From Scyliorhinus canicula (taxonomy: Eukaryota): a stretch of DNA of 64,000 nucleotides. A program made the translations under genes and the position numbers. Below the pieces are notes generated by a model that ran no database searches, was not told the origin of the DNA, and worked only from the letters and a program-made list of their open reading frames with translations. The stretch covers positions 24,453,856 through 24,517,855 of the forward strand of contig NC_052160.1 of assembly GCF_902713615.1 (NCBI RefSeq). The letters are read 5' to 3'. Positions 22,786-34,474 of this stretch are shown here, in pieces (within the stretch, counting starts at the first letter, position 1; each line of letters starts with the position of its first letter).

Positions 22786-24744
22786 TGGATTGGATTGGAT
22801 TTGTTTATTGTCACGTGTACCGAGGTACAGTGAAAAGTATTTTTCTGCAAGCAGCTCAACAGATCATTCAGTACATGGAAGAAAAGGGAATTAAACACAA
22901 TTCAAGAAAATACATAATAGGGCAACACAAGATATACAATGTAATGACATAAGCATTGGCATCGGTTGAAGCATACAGGGTGTAATGTTAATGAGGTCAG
23001 TCAATAAATAAGAGGGTCATTTAGGAGTCTCGTGACAGTGGGGTAGAAGCTGTTTCTGAGTCTGTTCGTGCGTGTTCTCAGACTTCTGTATCTCCTGCCC
23101 GATGGAAGAAGTTGGAAAAGTGAGTAAGCCGGGTTGGAGTGATCCTTGATTATGCTGCCCTCTTTCTCCCGGCAGCGGAAGGTGTAGATGGAGTCCATGG
23201 ATGGGAGGCAGGTTCGTGTGATGGACTGGGCGGTATTCACGACCTTCTGAAGTTCCTTGCGGTCCTGAGCCGAGCAGTTGCCATACCAGGCTGTGATGCA
23301 GCCAGATAGGATGCTTTCTATAGTGCATCTGTAAAAGTTGGTAAGGGTTAATGTGGACATGCCAAATTTCCTTAGTTTCCTGAGGAAGTATAGGCGCTGT
23401 TGTGCTTTCTTGGTGATAGCGTTGACGTGAGTGGACCAGGACAGATTTTTGGTGATGTGCACCCCTAGGAATTTGAAACTGCTAACCATCTCCTCCTCGG
23501 CCCCGTTGATGCTGACAGGGGTGTGTACAGTACTTTGCTTCCTGAAGTCGATGACCAGCTCTTTAGTTTTGCTGGCATTGAGGGAGAGATTGTTGTCGTT
23601 ACACCACTCCACTAGGTTCTCTAGCTCCCTCCTGTATTCTGACTCGTCGTTATTCAAGATCCGGCCCACTATGGTCGTATCGTCAGCAAACCTGTAGATG
23701 GAGTTGAAACCAAGTTTTGCCACGCAGTCGTGTGTGTACAGGGAGTAGAGTAGGGGGCTAAGTACGCAGCCTTGCGGGGCACCGGTATTGAGGACTATTG
23801 TGGAGGAGGTGTTGGTGTTCATTCTTACTGATTGTGGTCTGTTGGTCAGAAAATCAAGGATCCATTTGCAAAGTGGAGAGCCAGGTCCTAGGTTTTGGAG
23901 CTTTGTTATGAGCTTGGCTGGGATTATGGTATTGAAGGCGGAGCTATAGTCAATAAATAGGAGTCTGATGTAGGAGTCCTTGTTTTCGACATGCTCTAGG
24001 GATGAGTGTAGGGCTAGGGAAATGGCGTCTGATGTGGACCGGTTGCGACGGTATGCGAATTGAAGTGGGTCAAGGCGTTCCGGGAGTATGAAGGTGATGC
24101 GTTTCATGATCAGCCTCTCGAAGCACTTCATTACAACTGACGTCAGGGCCACCGGGCGGTAGTCATTGAGGCACGTTGCCTGGTTCTTCTTTGGTACCGG
24201 TATGATGGTGGTCTTCTTGAAGCAGGTGGGGACCTCGGAGTGGAGTAGGGATAGGTTAAAGATGTCTGTGAATACCTCTGCCAGCTGGTCTGTGCAGGCT
24301 CTGAGTGCACGACCAGGGATCCTGTCCGGGCCCGTCGCCTTCCGAGGGTTCACTTTCAGGAAGGCCGATCTGACTTCGGAAGCTGTGATGGTGGGTATGG
24401 GCGAACTATGGGCTGCTCGGGCACTTGACAGCGGATTGTTGGTTACCTGCTCGAACCGAGCATAGAATGCATTAAGTTCATCGGGGAGGGGTGCGCTGCT
24501 GCCAGAGATGCTGCTCGGCTTCGCTTTGTAGCCTGTTATGTTGTTTAGTCCTTGCCACAACCGTCCTCTCTTGGCATCTCGGATGGCTTTGCGGAGGTCA
24601 TAACTGGATTTCTTGTATAGGACAGGGTCGTCTGCCTTGAACGCCTCAGATCTGTCCTTCAGTAGGGAGTCAAATCTCGCGGTTGAGCCATGGTTTCCGG
24701 TTGGGAAACGTACGTACTGCTTCCTTTGCCACGCAGTCGTCCAC
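22786..24744 (-). mobile_element. Rex1/Babar-clade LINE, 5'-truncated, RT frame open
   Basis: KATGPDRIPGRAL, CFKKTTIIPVPKK, NDYRPVALTS, DYSSAFNTI, GAPQGCVLSP, FADD; (ATCCA)n tail; ACAT duplication at 22782-22785 and 24745-24748. Confidence 0.93.
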
Positions 24745-25845
24745 ACATCGCTAAAACAGATTATTTTGTCATTATCACACTGATATTTGTGGGATCTTGC
24801 TGTGTGTAAATTGGCTGCCAAGTTGCCTACGTTACATTATTGACTACACTTCAAAAGTACTTCATTGGCTGTGAAGCACTGTGGGCTGTTCCGATTGTGA
24901 AAGGTGCTATATAATTACAAGTTATCTGTTCTTGTTCCTGCCATCTTGTCATATTCCTTTAGTTAGTTATTTATTTTCCTTCAATCGCCTCCATAAATCT
25001 ATTTTTAAATGTTGATCTGATCTCAGCCTCGGTTGCTTACTCCGTTAATGTATTCCGCATTATTACACTCCCCTGTATAAGAAACCTTTCTCCTGCTCTC
25101 CGACTTAAATCTTTTGTATCAATGTTCCCATCTTCTAAACCCTACCATTACTGGGAGCGGCCCGCTTCAAAATATTAATTTTCCCATTGCCACAGCGGCA
25201 CGTACTTCACTGGCTGTAAAGCACTTCAAAATGCCCCGAGGTTATGAAAGGCGCTTTATAAATACATGTCTTTTATTTTTTTAAATCCTTGCTCCACTCT
25301 CTCGTAATTTTAAGCATCTCTATTGAAGCTCCCCTTAATCTCCCTGTTTGTTCATATTTGTATTTCCACACGCCAGGCCTCTCTATTGCCTCAAAATCTT
25401 TTCCGTTGTGTAGAGATGTAAGCCACATGCAGTACTCCAGCTGTAGTCTTCTGAGAGTTTTATATAGAAATGACATAGCTTGGCATAGACCCTACAGCAC
25501 CGAAGTGAGCCATCCAGTTCAGTTGTTCCAGACTGGGGTTTATGCTGTGCTTAAGGCACTCCCATATTCCTCCTCATCATCTAACACTGTCCACATAATC
25601 CTCTATTTCCTTCTCTGTGAGACCAGGGCTCAGCAAGCTGGCTGGTTTAGTTGGAATGGCTTGTTTCCCTGTTGTAATCTGTAATTCTATACAATTGTGA
25701 CACTGTTACCCGAGCTGAGATCAGCTGTTTCCACACAGTTCGATCGCAGTGGCTCCATCCAGTGAGCCATCGGGGAAATCATTTTTTGTTTTGAAATTCC
25801 ACCTTCAAAGCTTGAATGTTAAATGCCTGAAATGTACTCGTTAAA

Positions 25846-25983
25846 GCTGGAGATTAATTAATGAATTTGGCTGGAAATTAATTAATGAATTGGGCTGGAG
25901 ATTGATTAATAAATTGGGCTGGAGATTAATTAATGAATTGGGCTGGAAATTAATTAATGAATTGGGCTTGAGATTCATTAATG
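25846..25983. repeat. 24-bp minisatellite (GCTGGAGATTAATTAATGAATTGG) x5.7
   Basis: direct inspection. Confidence 0.93.
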
Positions 25984-27429
25984 GGGCTCTGCAGCTTTCG
26001 ATGCTCACTGTTCGATTGTTTCGATTTCGGGCCTTTCGCGAAGTCTGTCTTTCTGAATCATTAATTCCTGTTGTTTTGCTAGACTCTTGTGAGATTACGT
26101 GAGTGAACCAGAGGCCCTTCTTACTGATTAACTGCATCTAAGACTTTTAATGCCGTACATGCTTCCTGAAGGTGGTGAATACAATACGTTACCTGCATTA
26201 CCTGTGGGTGGTATAGTGATTAGCAATGCTGCCAAGGGCCCAGGTTCAATTCCAGCCTTGGGTCTATGTGGAGTTTGCACTTCCTCCCTGTGTCTGCGTG
26301 AGTTTCCACCGGGTGCTCTGGTTTCCTCCCACAGTCCAAAGATATACAAGTTAGGTGGATTGGCCATGCTAAATTGCCCTTTAGCGTCCAAAGGTGTGCA
26401 GATTAGGTGGGGTTAGGGAGTGACGGGAATAGGGCGGGGGAGTGTGCTTAGATAGGGTGTTCTTTCGAAGGGAAGGTGCAGACTCGATGGTTCTACTAAT
26501 GTGAGAAAGAATTGATGGTACAAACTAGAGGTATTTCACAGGACAAGAACTTTATGGCTCAGTCTCTGAGCAGTTGTTCATGATCATCCAAATAATTAAT
26601 TTAATAGGATATGCCTCTTGTTACTCGATATCCAGGATCAGCCATATTGTTAATTAATTTTTAACTGCAGTATGAAACGGATGCCAGGCATTTTGAAGAT
26701 TACATCAAGTTATATCTGCTGAGTCTAATACTTTTACGTAACACACAATTTTAAGTGCCCGACAATAGATAGTTTATTTGATGTAGTTACCTTTAATGCG
26801 TTGGTATAGCTTGTGGATCCCTTGCTAAGTTTACATCCCAACATACATGTGAACATACGAATTAGGGGCAAGAATAAGCCACTTGGCTCCTTGAACCTGC
26901 TCTGCCATTCATAAAGTTCATGGCTGATCTGATTGTGGCCTCAACCCCACGTTCTGCCTATCCCCAGATAACCTTTGTCTCCCTTGGTTAGTCAAGAATT
27001 CATCTACCTCAGCCTTAAAAATATTGGTTGACCCTCCCTCCACCACTCTCTGGGGAAGAGAGAGTCCCAAAGGTCCGCAACCGTCTGAGAGAAAATATTT
27101 CTTCTCACCTCCATCGTAAATGGGAGGCCTCTTATTTTTAAACTGTGTCCCCCAGTCTAATCTCTCCCACAAGAGGAAACATTTTCTCAGCATCCTCCCT
27201 TTCAAGTCCCCTCTGAATCTTGTATGTTTCAATAAGATCACCTCTTAATCTTCTAAACTCCAATGTTCACAAGCTCAGCCTGCCCAACCTTCCCTCATCG
27301 CAACTTACTTTCCTAGCTGGAGACTAGGAGCTGGAAAATGAGATTAAAATGAGCGGCTAATTTATTTTAATTTTTTTGGCCGGCACAGACACAATGGGCT
27401 GAATGGCCTCTTTGCGCGCCGTAACTTTT

Positions 27430-27659
27430 ATTTTTTTAAATATAGATTTAGATTACCCAATTCATTTTTTCCAATTAAGGGGCAATTTAGCGTGGCCAAT
27501 CCACCTACTCTGCACATCTTTGGGTTGTGGGGGCGAAACCCACGCAGACACGGGGAGAATGTGCAAACTCCACACGGACAGTGACCCAGAGCCGGGATCG
27601 AACCTGTGACCTCGGTGCCGTGAGGCAGCTGTGCTAACCACTACGCCACCGTGCTGCCC
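27430..27659 (-). mobile_element. Short V-SINE
   Basis: family match. Confidence 0.88.
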
Positions 27660-28917
27660 CACTTTTCGATGGTTCTATTTTTGTGTCATCGGCAAACTTA
27701 ACAACCATTTATTTGGTCCCTTCTTCCAAGTCATTGATGTAGATTGTGAATAGTTGAGGCTCCAGCACTGCTCCCTGTGGCACTCCACTCATCAAATCTC
27801 GCTCAGCTGAAAAAGACCCAAAATAAACCTGCGATACTGTATCCTTTTGCAAGAATAGTATAAAATTATGGTGCTTCCCACAGTGACTTGGAGGAGGAAT
27901 TGTTTTGTTACTAAGTCGGACAGGAGTCACCACCCTCCATTCTCCCAGCGGCGCTGGTGGTGAACCCTGCCCCATCCCACACAACGAGAATTGTCTACTT
28001 CTTTCCCTTGCTGTTTATCAACAGGGTCTCTCTTCTCTTCCAATCTCCCCGTCATTCCTTTCAGTCGGTTTCCTTTTCAACATGTCCTCTCTCTCCCCGA
28101 TGGCATAGGGCACTGTGACGGGTGCCCCATATGTGACACAGGATAGACTGAATCTCATTTACGTCCGCTTCATTACTTTGCTCACACGCTCAATTAGTTC
28201 CTGCTGCTCATTCAGCATTGACACCCCATAGATGGACAGAGCAGTGATTGCCTCCAGCTTTTCCCCCAACAGAGCAGATTGTGCAATTGGCAGTCAGTAC
28301 CAGAAGGGGGACAGGTTTTGCAAAATACGATTTAGGAAAATTATGAATCAGGAAACAAAGAGCAGACTTGACCAACAGGGAATGAGGATGCTGATTGTGG
28401 CAAAAAATTCCATCAGTCTGTTACAAAGCTTGTGTATAATATGCACTTACTGTCACAATTTGTGATGACTCTTTTCTCTCACCCTCTTAAAGGGCACCCT
28501 AGCTAGGCCCTCTCCCCCCAACCCTATCCCTGTAACCCCACTTAACCTTAAGACACAATTATGGGCAATTTATCATGGCCAATCCACCTAACCTGCACAT
28601 CTTTGGACTGTGGGAGGAACCCGGAGGAAACCCACGCAGATACAGGGAGAATGCAAACTCCACACAGTCACCCGAGGTCGGAATTGAACCCGGGTTCCTG
28701 GCGTGTGAGTCAGCAGTGCTAACCACTGTGCCACCCTGCTGCCCACGTATATGAAAACATAAAATTTAACATTCAGTGGCTTTCTCATTTAAATAATGTT
28801 TTTGGAATTATACGCCAAATAATTGTGATGGTGAAGGGAGAGAGCAGGGCTATACCTAAAGTAAGAAGGGGAAAAAATGGCATCAGTCAAACTTTGATAC
28901 ACTTCTTTATCTTACAG

Positions 28918-29076
28918 ACCAGAAAAGGAACCACATTTCAAATTTATTTATTTCAATCACATGAACCTGGCTGAGAAAACAACCATCCACATGCGTAAAA
29001 CATCCAACATGTCGTTGACATCGGTCCACCCTGACCTAATGAAGATCCTGGGGGACATTAACAGTGATTTTTCAAG
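28918..29076 (+). CDS. CCZ1: CCZ1 exon 13, PEKEPHFKFIYFNHMNLAEKTTIHMRK...HPDLMKILGDINSDFS
   Basis: tacAG / GTactc, 159 nt. Confidence 0.97.
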
Positions 29077-29179
29077 GTACTCCCTTGATTTTCTAAAACT
29101 GGGACTTTTCAAAGATGGCCAATTATTTATGGCGAGCTTTATTTGTTCTTGCTTAACTTGCATATTGTAATTTGCGCAG

Positions 29180-29307
29180 GGCTGACGAGGATGAAGAGAT
29201 CATTGTGAAGGCGATGACGGATTATTGGGTTGTTGGCAAAAAGTCCGACCAGCGGGAACTTTATGTAATCTTGAGTCAGAAGAACGCAAATCTGATCGAA
29301 GTTAATG
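29180..29307 (+). CDS. CCZ1: CCZ1 exon 14, ADEDEEIIVKAMTDYWVVGKKSDQRELYVILSQKNANLIEVN
   Basis: cgcAG / GTaagt, 128 nt. Confidence 0.97.
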
Positions 29308-32300
29308 GTAAGTGGACGGTATTCTTGGAACCTGGTTTTGTAATCCTCCCTCGATTGTCGAAGATTTTACCAGAACTGGGAGGGTTATAACTATCAGTCA
29401 ACACTGAACAGATTGGTTTCTTTTCTCTAGAAAAGAGAAGGGTCTGATCGAAGTCTTTAAAATTATGAAAGGTTTTGAGAGTGTGGATGTAGAGAAAATA
29501 TTTCAACTTGTAAGGAAAACTGAGACAAGGGTCCATTTCTCTGAGGCAGTCCTTAAAAATCCAATAGGGAGTACAGGAGAAACTTCTTTACCCAGAGAGT
29601 GGTGAGAATACTGTGGCTACAAGAGCAGGTCAGAGGCTGGGAATTCTGTGGTAACTAATTCACATCCTGACTCCCCAAAATCCACCATCTACAAGTCAGG
29701 AGTGTGATGGAATACTCTCCTTTTGCCTGGATGACTGCAGCTCCAACAACACTCAAAGACCTTGACAGCTTGAAAGGCACCCCATCCTCAACCTCAAAGT
29801 TCACTTCCTTCACCGATCGCATAGTGCCAGCACTGTGTACCGTCTACAAGGTGCACTGCAACAACTTGCCAAAGCACCTTCCAAACTCACGACCACCACC
29901 ATTTAGAAAGACGAGGGCGGCAGATGTATGGGAACACCACCACCCTCCAGTTTCTCTCCCAAGTCACACACCATCCTGGCTGGGAAATCTCGAATATCGT
30001 AGTTCCTTCACTATTGCTGAGTCAAAACCCTGAAATCCCCTCTTTACCATTACTGTGGGCGCATCTTCACCGCATGGACTGGAGCGGTTCAACAAGGCTA
30101 CTCACCACCATCTTTTTAGGGGAAATTAGGGACGAGCCACAGCTTGCCAGCAACACTCGCATCCTATGAACACGAGAATGTGGAAACTGCTACTGCAAGG
30201 AGCTGCTGAGTCATATCGCATAGGTGGCTTTAAGAGGAAGCTAAATACACACATGCGGGAGAAAGGAAAGAAGGAAATATTGTAATGAGATGAAGAGGGG
30301 TGGGAGGAGGCACTTGTGAAGTATAATTACCAGCATGGACCAGTTGGGAGAAAATGCCTCTGCTGTAAATTCTATGTGAAGTATTTGTATTGTAGCATCA
30401 CGGGTAGTGATCATAATCTGATTGTCATCAGAGGTACAACTGAGCAAGCAGTGGCCATAGTACATATCTTGTGTTTATAGATTTTCCTTATATTAAAAAC
30501 AGAGAAGGCTGAGCATTTCAAATGTAGCTCAGATTGGATCATATCAGCTGCAGGCTGCAAATGGAGATCTTCACCTTTCATTTAGACAGAGATTGAACTA
30601 TAATGTGTTCATGTCGTGAGTTTCTGGCTTTAATTTTTCTTTTCCATTTTAAATGTAAATTTTCCTTGGGAAATATGATTAATTAAATATTATTTTTAGT
30701 TGATGACAACTTGCAGTTGAACAGTGCCTTTAACATGGCAAAACATCCCAAGGACCTATTTGGCATCAAACTACATAAAGAGGTATTAGGACAGGGAGAG
30801 GTAGAAGAGGGTCAGCAACACAGAAAATTTCAAGGAAGGAATTCCACAACCTAGGTCCTAGACAGCTAAGGAATGGCCGCCACAGGTGGACTGGTTAAAA
30901 TCAAGGATGCACAAGGAGCCAGAATTGGAGGAGTACAGAATTCATGTGGGCCTGGCAGAGATTAGAGAGAGGGAAGGGGGAGGTCCATAGAGGGATCTCA
31001 AAATAAGGATAAACCTGCGGCACTGCTGGGCCGGAAGCTAATGTAGGTCAGCGAGCACGGGCGATGGATGGGTGAATGGTACTCGGCCCAAGGAAATCAG
31101 CTCTCCTTTAATCTGTGCAGATTGTGTTTGTCATTTACATGCTGGTTAGGTTTCAGGTAACAAGGACTAAGTGAAATGGCAGACTCCTGCATTAACTATG
31201 GATGCATCCTGAGATCATATCACTTCCTGGTTTTGGTTTCTGTCTTAAACACCACAGCCCGCTCACAACTCCACAATTTTGCTTCATAACATTTCTTTTA
31301 AAACCATCACTGTTTTTCCTGTCGAGGAAACGAGCAATGCGTTTTTACTTCAGCTCGGCACTTTCCTCTGAAAATTTCTCTGCCCCTCTCTCCTTGAAAC
31401 CTACCTCTCTAACTAAGCTTTTGGTCATCTGTCCTAATATCACGTGTGGCTTGGTGTCCTGTTTTGCCTCATAACACTTTGGGACATTTTAGTAAATTAG
31501 CGGAGCTATTTAAATGCAGCTTTATGTTATTGTCATTGCATAATGAATAGAGGAAATTCAGACTGGGAGGATCACACACTTGTGGGTTGGGTGGGGCAGG
31601 TGGGGGAGGGTTTGGTGTGGGGAGAGGGCATGGTGGGGAGGGAAACTTTGTTCCCTTATGGCAGGTGACCCTCTCCACCTGATTCTCCTCCATGCTCTGC
31701 GTTCAAGGTGATGCTGTACACCCAGGAAGAGGGGGGGGGAATTCCACCTCTTTTCTATTAATGAGTGGGAATGATAAACTTGGCTAAAAATATTAATTTA
31801 TGATGACAAGTTGCGCAGACTAGGCTTGTGTTCCCTGGTGTGTCAAAAGATTAAAGGATAATCTAATTGGGGTGTTTAAAATGATCAAAGGATTGGTTAA
31901 GGCAGCTGGAGAAGAACTGTTTCCTCTGGTGAGGGGAGCCCAAAAAATTAGGCCTTTAGGGGTGAAGTCATGAAGCAGAATCTCACACAGAAGGTAGTGG
32001 AAATCGGGAACACTCTCCCTCCAAAAAGCTATTGAAGTTGGGTTTCAATTGAAAATTTGAAAACTGAGATTGATAGATTAATGTTGGCATGGGGATTCAG
32101 GATTATAGAACCAAAGATAGATGGAGTTAAAGACACAGATCAGCCATGACCCAGTTGAATCATGGGATATGTTGGAGGGGCTGAAAGGTCTGGGAAACAC
32201 AGGTTAACATTCTCATCCCTGTTCCCACTAATGTCTCTACCTGTCAAGTTGCTGATATGACCAGAACTTGGTTTACGACGTGCTCGGCAACGGTTGCAGT

Positions 32301-32386
32301 TGATAGTCTGGCACCAATCAAACCGAGAAAACCAAACAGGTCACCCATGATCTAACTAAATAGTAGAACAGATAGCACATTTATTG

Positions 32387-32523
32387 ATAAAAGCAAATTA
32401 CTGCGGTTGCTGGAATCTGAAACAAAAACAGAAAATGCTGGGAAATCTCAGCAGGTCTGACAGCATCTGTGGAGAGAGAAGAGAGCTAATGTTTTGAGTC
32501 TGAATGACTCTTTGTCACAGCTC
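32387..32523 (-). mobile_element. Penelope-like terminal fragment with decayed hammerhead (third family)
   Basis: GAGCT-GTGACAA-A-GAGTC-ATTCA-GACTC-AAAA-CA-TT-AGCTC at 32523-32483; both stems perfect, core eroded. Confidence 0.6.
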
Positions 32524-32842
32524 ATTTGTTATGGGGGAGGTGCTAGAATCGAACATTAATGAGGTTCTAGCTGGGCACTTAGAAAAATTCATGATAATCG
32601 GGAAGAGTCAGCATGGTTTTGTGAAAGGGAAATCATGTTTGGGAGTTCTTTAATGAGGTAGCATGCATGGATGAAGGGGAACCTGTAGACGTACTGTACT
32701 TGGATTTCCAGAGGGCATTTGATAAAGTGCCACATCAAAGGTTATAGCGGAAAATAAAAGCTAATGTTGTAGCGGGTAACATATTAGCAAAGTTAGAAGA
32801 TTGACTGGCAAAATGCATAAAGAGAATATGCATAAAGGGTCC

Positions 32843-33140
32843 TGGGCACGGTAACAGTGGTTAGCACTGTTGCTTCACAGCGCCAGGGTCCCAGGTTCAA
32901 TTCTCGGCTTGGTTCACTGTCTGTGCAGATTCTACACGTTCTCCCTGTGTCTGCATGGGATTCCTCCGGGTGCTCCGGTTTTCTCCCACAAGTCCCGAAA
33001 GACGTGCTGTTAGGTGAATTGGACATTCTGAATTCTCCCTCAGTGTACCCGAACAGGAGTGTGGCGACTAGGGGATTGTCACAGTAACTTCATTGCAGTG
33101 CTAATGTAAGCCTACTTGTGACAATAATAAAGATTATTAT
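32843..33140 (+). mobile_element. V-SINE with Rex1-like tail
   Basis: family match; (ATT)n end. Confidence 0.85.
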
Positions 33141-33211
33141 TTTTCTGATTGGCAGAATGTGATGAATGGAGTCTCGCAGGCGGCTGTATTAGGGCCTGAA
33201 CTTTTTACGAT

Positions 33212-33437
33212 TTAAAAAAAAAAAAATTTAGCGCACCCAATTCTTTTTTTCCAATTAAGGGACTAAATTACGTGGTCAGTCCACCTACGCTGCACATCTT
33301 TGAGTTGTGGGGGCGAGACTCACGCAGACAGAGGGAGAATGTACAAACTGCAGAAGGACAGTGACCCAGGATCTGGACCGAACCCGAGTCCTTGGCGTCG
33401 TGAGGCAGCAATGCTAACCACTGCGACACGTGCCGTC
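33212..33437 (-). mobile_element. Short V-SINE
   Basis: family match. Confidence 0.82.
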
Positions 33438-34474
33438 CTAACCTTTTACAATTTCTATCAATGATTTAGATGAGAATAGCGAATACATGATAGTTAAATT
33501 TATAAATTACACAAAGATAGGTCAGAAAAAATGTGAAGTGGACACAAAGAGGGTCGTGGACAGATGTAGGCAGGTTGAGTTAGTGAGCAAAAATCTGGCA
33601 CGTAGATTACAATGTTGGAAAATATGAAGTTGTTCACTTTGGCAGGAAGAATAAAAGGCAGAAAATTGCTTAAATGGGGAATGGCTGCAGAATTCTGAGG
33701 GGCAGAGGGATCTAGGTATTCTAGTGCATGAGTCACAAAAGGTTAGTATGCAGGTACAGCAAGTAATTAAGAAGTCTAGTGGATTGCTGTTCTTTATTAC
33801 AAGAGGAATTGAACCTAAAAGTAAGGTTGTTATACCGTTCTGTTATACAGAACATTGGTGAGGCAACATCTTGAATACTATGTGCAGTATTGGTCTCATT
33901 ATTTAAGGCTGAATGTAAATGCATTGGAGACGGTTCAAGGGTGTTTACTAGATTGATACCTGGAATTAGCGAGTTGTCTTAGGAAAGGTTTGACAGATTG
34001 GGCTTGTTTCCAATGGAGTTTAGAAGAGTCGCGTGGCTTGATTGAAGTACAAAGATCCTGAGCGATCTTTCCAAGGTGAATGTGGAAAGGATGTTTCCTC
34101 TTGTGGGTGAGTCCAGAACAAGGGGGCAATGTTTTAAAATTAGGAATCGCCCTTTTAGGACCGAGATTAGGAGAAATGTTTTCTCTCAGAAGTTTGTGTG
34201 ACTTGGATTTCTGCCTCAGAAGGTGGCGGAGGCAGGATTATTGAATATCTTTAAGGCAGAGGTAGGCACATTCTTGTTAGGTAAGGGGACTGAGGGCTAT
34301 CAGACAAATGTGGAATTCAAAACACAAACAGATCAGTCATGATCTTATTGAATGACAGAGCAGGTTCAAGGGGCTGAATGGCCTTCTGCTTCTGCTCCTT
34401 GTCTGTATATCCCGCATAAGGGGGAAAGTAATAAAGTCTAAATGAAGGTTACTGTGCATGTATATGAACGTGTG

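Larger units (their letters stand above)
32526..34410 (+). mobile_element. Degenerate CR1 LINE interrupted by two SINEs
   Basis: eroded QHGFVKGKSC, DFQRAFDKVPH coding remnants and CR1 3' UTR. Confidence 0.8.

Noticed and set aside
24745-24821. N-terminus of the 606-aa ORF
   Set aside because: Read-through from the antisense DeuSINE host and a frameshifted segment; not part of Rex1 ORF
28159-28290. Minus-strand frame ending ...MLNEQQELIERVSKVMKRT*
   Set aside because: Upstream stop, no convincing splice sites, no recognisable homology
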